This document shows positions 12,234 to 25,045 of a DNA stretch of 64,000 nt, in pieces (positions within the stretch are counted from its first letter, which is position 1; each line of letters opens with the position of its first letter). The position numbers and the translations under genes are program-made. The DNA comes from Callorhinchus milii (Eukaryota). Below the pieces are notes generated by a model. The model saw only the letters and a list, made by a program, of their open reading frames with translations. It had not been told where the DNA came from and did no database searches. Location of the stretch: contig NW_024704743.1 in assembly GCF_018977255.1 (NCBI RefSeq), forward strand, positions 19,160,001-19,224,000. Reading direction: 5' to 3'.

Positions 12234-13990
12234 GAACAACAACAAAATTACATTTATAGAGCGCCTTTCACATTGGGAGGACGTTCCAAAGCGCTGAACA
12301 GTCAGGTGTCGGGTCCCGACCATGGGGGAGGGGTGGTGTAGGGGTGAGGAAAGGCAGAGAAGTGGGAGGAAGACCAAAAGCACGGTCGAAGAGAAGGGTC
12401 TTGAGACCGGCCTTGAAGGAGACAAGGGACGAAACGAGGCAAAGGTGGGATGGAGTTTCAGAGTGTGGGGTCAGAGAGGCTAAAAGCCTGGCCACCGATG
12501 GTAGGACGGGTCAGGTGAGAGACATGGAGCAGGCTGGAGCCCGCTGAACGGAGGGAGCGGGCAGATTGGTCGGGAGTCAGCAAGTCAGAGAGGTAGGAAG
12601 AGGCAACGCCATGGATGGCCTTAAAGGTGAGGACGAGGATCTTGAACTCGATTCTCCGGGGGAGGAGGAGCCAGTGGAGTTGGGCGAGGGTGGGAGTGAT
12701 GGAGTCACGGAGCCTGGTGCATGAGAGTACATGAGCTGTAGAGTTTTGGATGATCTGCAGCTTGTGAAGGGAAGAGTTGGGAAGGCCGATGAGGAGGGAG
12801 TTCCTATAATCGAGGCTTGATGTGACGAATGCGTGGGTGAAGGTTTCGGCAGCCTGAGGGGTGAGGCAGTGGCGGAGTCTGGCAATGTTGCGGAGGTGGT
12901 GGTAGGCAGTGCTGGTCAGAGTGTGGATGTGGGGGAGAAAGAACAGTTCAGGATCAAACAAGACACCCAGGTTCCTACTGGCTTAGCGAGGTTCAGTGTG
13001 CAGCCGTGGAGGCTGATGCTGCCAGCGTCCGAGGTGTGGAGACGCTGGTATGAGCCATTCAGGAGGGCCTCGGTCTTGCTGATGTTGAGTTGGAGAAAGT
13101 TGTCCCTCATCTAGGAATTGATGTCGGACAGGCAGTCGGTCAGGCGCCAGTAGTCCTGGAGTTGAGGGTGGAGGCAGAGAGATAGAGTTGGGTGTCATCT
13201 GCATACATGTGGAAATTTACCCCATATCTGTGGATGATGTCACCAAGGGGGAGCATGTAGAGGGTGAAGAGGAGGGGACCGAGGACAGAGCCCTGAAGAA
13301 CACCGGAGGAGACGGTGTGGGGGCTGAAGAGAAGCCGTTTGCCATGACGAAGTGGAGGCAGTGTGAAAGGTAGGACCTGAACCAGTCAAGGACAGAACCT
13401 TGAAGGTTGAAGTAGGAGGAGAGGCGGTGGAGGAGGATTGAGTCGTCCACAGTGTCAAAGGCAACGGAGAGGACGAGGAGGCAGAGGGAGCCCTAGTCAC
13501 ACATGATCAGGATGTTGTTTGTGACCTTGACCAGAACAGTTTCCATGCTGTGGGCAGCACGAAAACCCGATTGGAGGGGTTCATGGAGGGAGTGGGAGGA
13601 GAGGAAAGAGCGAAGCTGGGAGGCAACGGCTCTCTCAAGAACCTTGGATAGGAAAGGGAGATTTGAGATGGGCCGGTAGCTCGATAGCCGTGATGGGTCG
13701 AGGGAAGGTTGCTTCAAGGTGGGGAGTGATAGTGGCTGTTTTGAGGGTGTAGGAATAGTGCCAGATGACAGAGAGAGGTTAATGATGTCACTAAGTAGTG
13801 GGGCAAGGAGGTGGAGCTGGGATTTAAGGAGAGGGATGGGAATGGGGTTCATGGAGGTTACGGTGGTGAAGACAGAGAAGGGGGTGACAGATTCAAAGGT
13901 GTGGAAGGAGGGATGGGTAATTGTCAGGTGGGTAATTGTGTGGGATGGGGGTAGGGAGGGTTGGAAGTTGGGAGGGTAGTGGCAGCTGAG
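12234..13990 (-). mobile_element. L2 LINE, ~1.75 kb, longest copy; RT domain to 3' end, frameshifted
   Basis: [37 protein letters not shown] (about 13190-13215), LDYRNSLL, LHWL...FKIL, L2 tail. Confidence 0.95.
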
Positions 13991-14869
13991 CGGATTCCCT
14001 GGATTTTGTATTCAAAGTAAGTGGTCTGTTATTTGCAGTTCAATTTGTTTTAATTTTAGAAAACATTAATGGTAGAGGTAGGACAGAAGAAGTGGATGAC
14101 ACATTAATGTTCACAGAAGTCTCCACAGATAACAACAACAGCAATTTGCCAGCACCTACCAAATCCCCAACCACTGTCCAGGTCTTTGTCTTGTGTGCTT
14201 TTTTTTCATTTTCTAAAACTAACAGGGGAGAAATTTGATGTGGTATAAGCAATGATTATTAAAGTATTTTAAAAGGAGTTTATCTATTCCACATTCTATC
14301 CTTTGAGCAGCACAGAGATCACATCTACCTAGCCGCAATCTAGCTGCATACAACCTCTATATGTGAAAAAGAAGATAAAATTGCCATGAGGAGAACCTTT
14401 TAACAAATTCATTTGGTTTTGCTGTCAGTTGACAAAATGTACCCTCAAGTTCAGTGTAAAACTGCAGAGGATTATTATATGATATCCAGCTGTGTCAGGA
14501 AATTTAATTTCAGGTCTGCTCTTGGCCTAGAGACATTTGAATGGTAGCTGCTCACTTTCCTGGGTAAAATCAGCTGCATTTATAAAGTACTTATAAATAT
14601 ACAACATTATTGGGATTATTATCCTTTAACAGCAAGGCAGGACTGTTTGTGATAGGTTAATGGGAGTAAAAGTAGTCTCCTTAGCTTTTAAATCAGTAGC
14701 TGATGAAGTGCTATCCAGAGGTTTCTGGCTCTGAATCAGCTTCTACGGTGCACTGTTTGCTTGAATTCCCCCTTTCTTCACCCGCAATGTTCTGGAATGG
14801 AATGCATGTTCTACCTGTAAAATGCATCACTGGAGCAGCAGTTATGATGGACCTCGCTGATCTAGGTAT

Positions 14870-15105
14870 ATGCATAACCTCACCGTCAGGTTCGATCCCA
14901 GCTGTCGTTCCTGACCTACATCTGGTCCCCGACCAGGACCGCTTTCCTCCACCTCCGCTATATTGCCCGCTTCCAACCATACCTTACACCCATCCCAATG
15001 CAGCTGAAACCCTCTTTCATCACCTCCCGCCTCGACTATTCCAATGCCCTTCTCGCCGGTCTCCCTCGCTCCGTTATCCACAAAATCCAAATCAATTCAA
15101 ACTCT
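14870..15105 (+). mobile_element. L2 internal fragment
   Basis: Remnant cctcccgcctcgactattccaatgcc (SRLDYSNA). Confidence 0.75.
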
Positions 15106-16025
15106 GATTCAGTCAAAGTTACATTGGCTCTACTCTTGCTTTGAGGGATTCAAAGGATTTACAGTAAAGTGGTGGTACGGTCTATTTTGTGGGGGAGAAT
15201 GTAGTAATTTGTACATAACAATGTCCCACAAACTATGGGATCTTTAATGTCCACCTCAACAGGCAGACAGGTTTTCATGTCTCATTTGAAGGATAGCACC
15301 TCTGGCAATGCAGTACTCCTCCAGCATGCACTGGAGTATTGGCATAGATTATATGGATTCCAAGTCTCGATGTGGGGCTTGAACCCGCAACCTTCGGACT
15401 GAGAGACGAGACTCCACATAAAGAAGCCAAATTGATGCAGACATTATTATCAAACTAATAAAGTAGCATTTGTTGTTTGTGAGTAGTTCTCTAACTGAAG
15501 GATTAAAATTTATTTCTGAGTCAGTGCAGGAACTGAAAAGTGCAGAAACTGCCAGCACTCTAAAAGTTAAGTGCATTATGATGTTCAGAGTAATAATGAA
15601 AATACATTATATAGAGCAATCGCAGCATTTGCAGAACTTGAGGCTATGGAAAATAAATGTGCAAGTAAATGGCAAGCATGAAATTAAGGAAATCGAAGGT
15701 GCAAAATATAAGCACCAAAGGACTGGATTTAGAATGAAGTCTAGCGGTTGTGGCATTCTTCAGAATGAAAATTTACTCTATGGAGTGTGTAAATGATTAT
15801 TTTATTTAAATAATGATCATTGCATTTCATATAGTGCCATAATGCTGAATCTTCTGAAAGTGCTTCATAAGTAATTGCTGTCTGGTGTAGTTAATGTCTA
15901 TAGGGAAAAACAGCAGTCAATTTGCACTCAGCAATGTCCCGCAAATAATCATGAAGTGAATGTCAGTTTGTCTGGAGGCTATGGGAGGAACTCCTTCTCT
16001 TCTTTGCTTAGTGTTATGCGATCTA

Positions 16026-16337
16026 TAATAATAATAATCCTTGCATTTAATATAGCGCTTTTCACGTCGGGAGGAAGTCCCAAAGCCCTTCACAGAACAC
16101 ACTGTATAGTAAATTGACTGTATATTTGTGGGCGAACGCGGCAGCCAATTGCGGACAGCAATGTCCCACAAACAGTCGTAGATTGAAAATGACCAATTTA
16201 TTATTGTTTTTGTTTTGGAGGGATTATTATTAGGAGTGTGGAGTAAGGAAACTTGCCCAAGGTTTCGCCCTCTGCCTGGAATTGAACTCGGGTCTCTCGC
16301 CTGTAAAGCGAGTGCTCTAACCACTGAGCTACAGGAC
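16026..16337 (-). mobile_element. Family A DeuSINE (short subfamily) nested in a family B SINE (about 15820-16490)
   Basis: Near-identical to 2310-2633; family B sequence resumes on both sides. Confidence 0.92.
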
Positions 16338-17123
16338 ACTATAGCGCCCAACCGAGTAGGCAGATTGGACCTCAGTTTAATGTGCCATCCAAACAACAGC
16401 ACCTTTGACAATGTAACACTCCCCCTATACTGCACTGGAGTGATAGTCTTAACTATGAGCTGAAAGTATCAATGTGTTGCTGCCAACTGAATTGGGTGTC
16501 AACCTAGTAGTATTCTCGCCTCTGAGTCAGAAGGTTGTGGGTTCCTAGTGTCATGGCTAACAATCCCCCAGATAAGATTGATCATTCACTTCATGACTAT
16601 TTGTGGCACATTGCCGTGTGCAAATTGGCTGCTGCTTTCTCCTACAAATACACAGTCACTACACTTTACAGTAAAAGCTTGTGAAGCACTTTGAGGCATG
16701 TTGATAATGTAATAAGGTGCTGTATCAAATGTAAGCATTATAATTATGGTGTCACAATAACCACTTGTTAACAATACAACTTTGTAATCATGTTGTATCT
16801 ATTCTATTATTTGGTGAGTGAAATACTGTAGTTAGCAATAATGGAGCTCTTGTGTGAGTTATTTGATCACTTGAAATTGTCACAATGATTCTAAGTAAAA
16901 TTGTAGTTATTCCACAATCAAGTAACATTAAGCCCAACCACCGATGGTGGACTGGGTAGAGCAGGCCTGCCGAGCAGAGGCAGCAGGCTGGTTTTAGAAG
17001 GTCGCAGATGTAGGATGGGGAAAGAGCATGCTCTTCACAGAAAGATGCACCCTGCTCACCTAATGTTAAGAGTTTAGGCTTGTTGAGAAGAGCCACAGCT
17101 TAGGAGCCCCAGAAAGTGCAGTA

Positions 17124-17420
17124 CTGTAGCTCAGTGGTTAGAGCACTCACCTCGCAAGCCAGACACCTGGGTTCGATTCCCACAGGGCGAAACATTGGTC
17201 AAGTTTCCTTACTCCACACGCCTCTGTTTACCTAGCAGCAAGTAAGAACCCGGTTGTTAGCAATTGGCGGATTGTTTTTCCGTGGGTAATAAATCCTTAA
17301 ATAAACCATAGCAATAAATTGGTCACTCAATCGACGACGGTTTGTGGGATACTACTGTACGCAATTGGCTGTCGTGATTTGCCCACAATATGTACAGTTA
17401 ATTCACTTTACGGTATAGTC
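17124..17420 (+). mobile_element. Family A DeuSINE (long subfamily), tail missing
   Basis: tRNA-Ala head plus extra segment ctctgtttacctagcag...ggattgtttttcc. Confidence 0.85.
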
Positions 17421-17424
17421 TGTT

Positions 17425-17862
17425 GGCTCAGTTGGTAGGACTCCAGCTCCTGAGTCTGAAGGTTGTGCATTCAAACCCCATACCAGGAATTGGAACCCAT
17501 ACCATCTATGTTGACATTCCAATGCAGTGCTGGGGGTAATGCTGCATTGTCAGAGGTGCCTGTCCTTCGGATAAGACAATCTTGTCTGCCTAGCCAGTTG
17601 GATGTTAAAGATCCCATGACACTATTCAAAAAGGGAAGGGAGTTTCTCCCAGTGTTTCGGCTAACAAGCCCCCAAATAAAATTGGTTATTCACTCCATAG
17701 CTGTTTGTGGGACATTGCTGTGTGCAAAATTGGCCGCCAAGTTTGCCCACAATAAACACTTGGTCCCACCGTTTTGCATTATATCCTGTGAAGCACTTTG
17801 AGCCACCTCGCCAACATAATAAGGTGCTATATCAAATGCAAAGATTATCATTATTAATATTA
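17425..17862 (+). mobile_element. Family B DeuSINE, near full length
   Basis: ggctcagttggtag head, gatgttaaagatcccatgacactatt body, Deu core, tail. Confidence 0.85.
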
Positions 17863-18965
17863 TTATTGATGGAATACAGGCAGATAAAACCCTGCAGTAA
17901 TCACTGGAGTACTTCCACTGTTTTTCCAGACTACCTTACCCATGAGAGGGCTGTTAGAAGGAGTTGAAAGGGAAGAATCTCTGCTGCCAGTGACTATCAT
18001 ACTCCTTCAGGTTCTGCTAACAAGACGGGCAGGATCTCTGCATCAACAGTGCCCTGGGGTTCTGTGACTCAGGAACCTAATGACTGGGACCACACAGAGG
18101 ATTGACTTGATTCTTATATTCCATTGCCAGGCACATCACCTTGGAACTAACTCCACCCCAAATAATAATCTTTGTGTTTGCATTTGCTATCGCACTTTTC
18201 ATGTGTAGAGGACCTCTCTCTTAACAAGATTTTCTGTAAAGTGTTGTGACTGTGTATTGTGTATTATCTTCCCCTATCTATCCCATGAGGATTCAGCCGA
18301 AGATTACATAACCTGCCCACACCAGAGCTGAACCCAGACACTTTGCCTTTGCAAATCTGGCTTGGCTGTAACTGGCTTTCATTTCTGAAACTCATGTATC
18401 TGCCATTAGATGGGGTGCCTACATTTCTTTTAAGATTTTGCACTGTTCAAAGGTGCTGGTTTTATTCAGCTGAAGCAATTTTAAAACATGCACAAGTGCT
18501 GTACTTTTAAAGCCTTTATTGTTGGTTTTCTGCTTCCTTTATTCACACTAATAGAGCTATCCCTGATTGTGGGGATACTTGTTCGATATTTTAATGGTAA
18601 TGTTATTTTAATAATAATAACTCTTGCTTTGAATTTAACATTTCATGTTAAGAGAATGTCTCAAAGTGCTTCACTGTGAGGTGACTGCATTTGCAGACAA
18701 ATTTGTGTACAGCAATGTTTAGCAGAATGAACTGGCTGCAACTTTATGGCCCCACTCATGGTACATTCTCAATCATTACCAGACCTCAGAAAGTTAGGAG
18801 AGGGGGAGAATCGGAGAGCGAGTGATATGAATCTCGTCGTTCCTATTTGCAAAACTGCATTGTCTTAGGCCTGGGAGCAGGCAAACCCGTGGACTGTCTG
18901 AAGAAGCCAAGAAAAGGTAGAACAAGGAAAGGCTATTCAGCCCAGCAAGCCTCATTCTTCCACAG

Positions 18966-19043
18966 ATTATGGAAAACCAACCTTCGCGTGGAATGCATGC
19001 CACCATGGCACTATATGCTCTATATGCTCTAATCCCAAGACAG
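18966..19043 (+). other. Candidate 78-nt exon (unverified)
   Basis: Acceptor cctcattcttccacag, donor CAG|gtaaga, two open frames, internal GCCACCATGG. Confidence 0.25.
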
Positions 19044-20580
19044 GTAAGAAAAAAATAAGAATATTTATGCATCTCTACATTCCCCTTGTTAAAATTGGTT
19101 TCCTTTACTCCACAAGTCTCTAACTTACCCACATTGTGTTTCTTGAATTTGGAAAGTAAGCAATAGGGTTAGGGAGATTAAATAACAGCTAATTGCATTG
19201 ATATAGCTCCTTTCATGTCGGGAGGACATTCCAAGATGCTAGATAATCGAGGGTTTGCATCTGAACTGGGCGTTGGATACAAGAGGAGTGGGGATCAAGG
19301 TGTAAGGGATGAGAATAAGAATATGGCCAGAGTTGTGGTCAAAGAGGGAGGTCTTGAGATGGACCTCAAAGGAGATTAGGGAAGGGGCAAGGTGAAGGAA
19401 TTCAGGATTGCAGTTCCAGAGAGAAAAAAAGGAAATGTTGCAAAGGTGGGGATAAGGTGAACAGGTCAAGGCATAATAGAGGAGAAAACATTTTATTTTA
19501 TAGTAGCCTAGTCATCTTCTGATCAATCTATCCCTAACCTGATTGATCTGAAGGTTCTATATAAATATAAATTTGTATTGCATTGTATTCCTCAATTATA
19601 GTGTTCAGCACATTCAGCAATTTCCACACTCCACCTTCCACAGGTCATATTTTAACAATTAATTTAGATTTGGATTCCAGCGTGATTGCTTAACTGTTTT
19701 TTCAAATAACTACAATCCCAAGAGGTAAAAACAGGTTACTACCCAATGGAGATGGTGTGTGATTTTCTTCTGATTAATAATGCTATCTCAACTCTTGCAC
19801 AGTGGAGCAGCACTACACACACTGGTGTAAGAATGTAGACTACTCAGGATCAGGGGGATATGGATCTAATCTTCCTATCTTCATAAAGCAAATTTACAAA
19901 AAAAGTAACAAAGTATTTATAAAATCAGAAGAGTTCTGGCATTCTGGAGAGTCGACTCTCAGACAAAGTATCAGACAATAATGCAGCAATGAGCATTCAC
20001 AATTCCTTGGGACATCCTTTCGAAATGAGCTAAACAAATGTCATTTTTTATTGTTATTCACATATTAAAACAACAACTGAGCCACTTCTGTAAAATTCAG
20101 TCTCTGCAAATTCATCTGTGGAGGGTAAAATTTCAGGTGGAAATGCCCCAAAGCCAACATGAAACCTGTTTTCTAGATGAGGCGATGTAAGTTTTTGGGA
20201 TAAATATTGTGGAATCACAATGTTACAGCACAGGAATAGGCCATTTGGTCCATCAGGTCAGTGTGTTTCGCCCACAAAATAAACAGTCAATTCACTTTAC
20301 ATTATACAGTATATTCTGTGAAGTGCTTTGAGACATCTCGAAGAAGTGATAAGGTCCTATATCAAATGAAGGATTATCATTATTTTATTTTTGTAACAAA
20401 TCTAATCCTAGGTCAGCAGGGTCTCATAGGAGTTTAGTTGACTCAAAGGCAAACATGCTTATCGGAACGCTTTGTGGCACGTATTCCCAGTACCTTCTAA
20501 TATCTCTTCTCTACAAATTTCTGTCTAATTCTCTGCTCCAACTGTGGTTCGTGGCAGAAAATTCCAATTTCAACTATCCA

Positions 20581-21133
20581 ATTACTGTGTGCAGTTTTGC
20601 TCTCCTTATTTAAGGAAGGATGTACTTGCCTTGGAGGGGTACAGCATAGATTTACTAGGTTAGTACCAGGGATGAAGGGGATGAGTTACGAGGATAGGCT
20701 GACCAATTTGGCCCTATATTCTCCAGAATATAGAAGAATTAGAGGGGATCTTATAGAAACCTATAAGATCATCAAAGGTCGTGATAGAGTAGATAGTGGG
20801 AGATTGTTTCCCCTGGTTGGAGAAACTAAAACCAGGGGTCACAACCTTAAAATCAGAGGCCAGCCTTTTCGCACTGAGTTGAGGAAGAACTTCTTCACTC
20901 AAAGGGTGGTGAATGTATGGAACTCACTACCCCAAAGGGCTGTTGCCACTCAGTCCTTGAACATATTCAAAACTGAGATAGACAGATTTTTTTTGTAATA
21001 GGGATTAAGGGATATGGGGATAAGGCAGGGTTAAGTTATTAGCTGGAGTTAGATTAGAAGATCAGCCATGATTGAATGGCGGGGTAGGCTCGAAGGGCCG
21101 AATGGCCTACTCTTGCTTCTACATGTTATGTTA
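20581..21133 (+). mobile_element. CR1 LINE 3' fragment with an uninterrupted ORF2 C-terminus (133 aa)
   Basis: LGGVQHRFTRLVPGMKGMSYEDRL...RRIRGDLIETYKI...TRGHNLKI...FFTQRVVNVWNSLP; 3' UTR gggccgaatggcctactcttgct..tgttatgtta. Confidence 0.95.
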
Positions 21134-21331
21134 CCCTCCCTGAAAATAAATGTTTTCTAAACTTGCCTATAATTCTTCTTGTGATTATTTGAAATCGGTG
21201 CCCTACTTTTGGTGGAAATAATCTATTAACCCTATCATATCCCTTCAGTTGGTTGCACTCTCACTTCTGACTCAGAAGTTTGCAGGTTCAAACCCCATAT
21301 CGGGTCTCTATACTTTGAAGACAGAGTCTAC

Positions 21332-21535
21332 CAGGGTGGTCGAACCTTTTGGCTGCTGACGGTGGAGGGCCTATTTGAGAAATGTCCCCAGGCCACATAA
21401 CCAATATTTTTTTGTTATCCTTCCAGAAACATAACATAACATTTATGGGTTATGGAGGGAGTGGCTGGGCCAGATGAATTGGAGGGGTGGGGGGGGGGGG
21501 GGAGAGTGGGGGAGGGAGCAGGGCAAACCACCCTG
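21332..21535. mobile_element. hAT-type MITE inserted in a family B SINE (about 21245-21830)
   Basis: Termini cagggtggt / accaccctg; SINE sequence continues on both sides; internal poly-G run. Confidence 0.6.
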
Positions 21536-23574
21536 GCCTCAACTGACACTTCAGTGTAGTGCTTAGAGAGTGCTACTGAAGATCTCAAACTGTTAAAGAT
21601 CTCATGGTACTATTTGAAAAGAGAAGGGAATACAACCTGGTATCTTGGCCAACAAATCCCTAGATAAAAAGATTGGTTACTCACTTCATGGCTGCTTGTA
21701 GGATATTGCTATGTGCAAACTGGCTTCCGTGTTTGCCTGCAAATACACGCACACTATATTTTAAAAGAAACACTGTGAATCTCTTTAAGACATTTAAACA
21801 CAATAAAGTGCCATGCACAATCTAGGAATTATGATTAATTTTATAATCTTGAAGTTTTCTATCAGTTCCTTCTATCCAAGCTCTCTATGGAGCAATCCAT
21901 GTACTCTGTTGTTAGCCAGACCTCTTCAGCATTCAGAGAAGGTGGGAATGGGGAGCAATGGAATAGCCAAAGCCAACACTGTCGCTGAGAATTGTAGAAC
22001 ATCTCACTCCTTACTTATTCTGCCTATATTTTTAATGTCCACCAGTAGTTCTGAATTATTCTGAATATTTGTGGTTTGTGATTGAGTCACAGTTCATGTT
22101 CTCTTTTGATATTTTTTCCCTCTCGGAGAAGGTTAGCATTCAGTTATAATGGACTCTGCTGTCAGAACTGGTCTCTTGAACAAAACTGTATCCTACATCA
22201 GTCAGACACAGAAAATCAATGATGATTCATTGTTTTTGGAATTTGTTGCAAAGGTCAGCTTTGTTTGGACTGCCTCGGAGAGCCGATGAGAATAATAATA
22301 ATAATTCTTGCATTTGATATAGTGCCTTTCATGTCATCGAGACAAGTGCTTCACAGAATATACTGTAGAGTGGATATACTGTGTATTTTTTGAGCAAAAG
22401 AAGTATTGAACATGCAAGGAAAAGGTAGTAAGCTGGTGTTTCACTAGATTTTGAAGTCATGTTTCAATTGTCTATCAGGTTGCTAGCTGAAGCAGTGAGG
22501 TTCTTCAAGTTCTGTCCCATGATAGTCCTGGAGCAGCATTCATAGCCATCTTATACAAAAGTTTAAAGGCTTGCATCAGCAATCTCACTAAGAAGGGCTG
22601 AGGGGTGCCTGGTGTGGTAGATGGTACATACTATGCTAATGCAGTAGGGATGTGCTTCTGAGGCTGAGACAGATTGCCTACTACAGGAGATGCAGCCTTG
22701 GTCCACATCTAATTATGCTATGTGTGCCAGACTGGCTCAATTGGCAGGACTCTCCTGTCTGAGTCACATGGCTGTGGATTCAAGTCCCATACCTGGATTT
22801 TTAATTTGCATAGTCTAAGCTGACACTCCAGCGCAGTGATGGAGGTGGAGGCATTATTGGAGGTGCTGTCCTTCGGATAAGAAGTTAAACTGTGGTCCTG
22901 TCAGCCTGTTCAGATGAACATTAAAAGATCCCACGGCACTCGTTTTCTGGCCAAAAATCCCCCAATAAAATTGGTCACTCACTTTTATGACTATTTGTGG
23001 GATTCTCTGATTGCTATTGAGGATTCTGAAAAAAATGGATTTAACTGAAATGTTCATGATACAAATCTACAGTCTGGGTGTTCTAATAATTCAGCACTGG
23101 CTGGATAATCTCAATAAGAGACGATAATTCATTGGAAAAAAAATCCAAAATAAATAAGATTCAAGTTCTGAAGATGCCGAGAGGAACGGTCAATGCGAAT
23201 GCAAGCATCTTGTGTAACCGTAACCATGAGGCAGGACAGGATCTGTATAAAATGAACAAGCTTCAAGAAAGACTTGAGATTAGAGGGAATTTTCTTCCCT
23301 AAAGAGTAGAGGCTATGTGAAATAGCCTTCTAGCTAAAGCTGGTGACGCTGTGTTAACAGGCTGAGAATGAATTCATACTGGAAATAGCAGGCCAAGAAG
23401 ACAACAGCCAGGATGAACAACCCAGTGTGTAAGCTGGCAGATATTCTAGAACTTTATTTCGTTTGGTTATGGGATTCAAGGAAAGACTTCCCAGGAATGT
23501 TCCTTAGAGACAAGATGCATACAGTCAAATTTAGAAGGGATTTTATACAATTTGTGGAATAGACTGAATGGCCT

Positions 23575-24115
23575 CGATCCAAGGTCACATGTTTGGCAAC
23601 GGAATATCGGAATCGAGCCAGTCCTCTATGGTTGTCTAGGTAGTCAGGTTCCTGAGCCAGGCAGATCCGCAGTATACCAGGGCACTGATGATGGCAGTAC
23701 AGCCAGCCTGGCTCATGGGCAGGACTTGGAGGGCAGACCAGTCACTGGAAGCAGGGAATCCTCTCTTTCAGCTCTTGTTAACCCTGAAAGCCAAAACCCT
23801 AATGGTCCTAGCTGGACAAGCAGCAGAAAAGCTTGCCAGATGACAATATCAATGACAAGCTCTGTCGGTTTAGCTGGTCAGACTCCAGCACTACCCCAAC
23901 ACACACTACGAGGTCCCCAAACCTTGGTTCTTGCCAACCTGTGCCTAATATTTTCTGGAATCAGGTAAGCAGGATGTGTCCCTCCAGGGAGAAAGTGCGC
24001 ATTCCATTCGAACAATCTTTCTCTGGAATTTCCATGTGTAAGTGGGATGCATGGAATTCTCAGTTTGTTCGGATACTCTTATGGTGATGGGTTTCCGCAT
24101 GTGTCAGACACCCCC
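23575..24115 (+). repeat. Unclassified ~550-bp interspersed repeat (family X), best copy
   Basis: Collinear homology with 45505-45970, 32540-33020, 11610-11845, 17960-18150 (-) and 52155-52230 (-). Confidence 0.85.
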
Positions 24116-24694
24116 AGCTGATCACCCGCCCCCTCGAAACAAAACTTTGGTTTAAACACAATGATGACCAATTCTGACTGAACAAATTATAGCTATACCT
24201 CTTTTTATTATTGTCCCTTACTAACACCAACATGGATGGTCTGTGTGAATCAACACGGCCTCACATGTCCTCACCCACTTGATAGTTGTTTACAGGTTGG
24301 TTTGAACAAGCTGAGACCGTCCTTGGGTACGGTATCCATGAGCTGATTTTGATTAAAACAATGCAGGTCCGTTACATCAATAATTAACCAGAGAGCTACA
24401 GCTGTGATAAACACATTTATTACTTCTGAACCAATTTAACTGTTCAATATAGACAACTACCATTTTCTGTAACAATGTATCTAAAGTTAAACCAACTAAC
24501 CCATAATATACGTAACACTTAGACATAAACTCCACAATTGTGCTGATTCTGTGTAGGCTTATTGTGTCTACAAATTATTTCAATACGGACAAGCATGTGA
24601 TAACAACATTCACCTGTTCAAGCAACCAATTTATTTTCAAGGTTGTTATTCCACAGGTTAGCTAATAAATGTAAACATTTCTACCTGGACCAAA

Positions 24695-25045
24695 ATAACA
24701 ACAACAATTTACATTTGTATAGCGTCTTTCACGTTGGGAGGATGTCCGAAGGTTATGGATAATCAGGGATTTGGACCGAAGCAGGAGGTTGGAATCAGGA
24801 GGGTGGAGGGCAGGGAGGGTAGAAGTAGGAGAGTGACCTAAGTTGCGGTCGAAGAGGAGGGTCTTGAGATGTCCCTTGAAGGAGGCAAGGCTGGGAGCAA
24901 GGAGAAGGGACTGTGGGACGATGTTTCAAAGGGTGGTGGCAGAAAGGCTGAAGGTCCGCCAGCTGATGGTGGAGTGGGCCAGGTGGGGCAGGGGACGTCG
25001 AGGAGGCCTGAGCCTGCTGACGGGGGATTGGATAGGTTGATATAA
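24695..25045 (-). mobile_element. L2 LINE 3' fragment
   Basis: SAGSGLLDVP remnant and L2 tail with (aac)n. Confidence 0.88.

Noticed and set aside
19706..19725. ACTACAATCCCA, ZNF143/Staf-like motif
   Set aside because: Isolated imperfect match with no CpG island or promoter context
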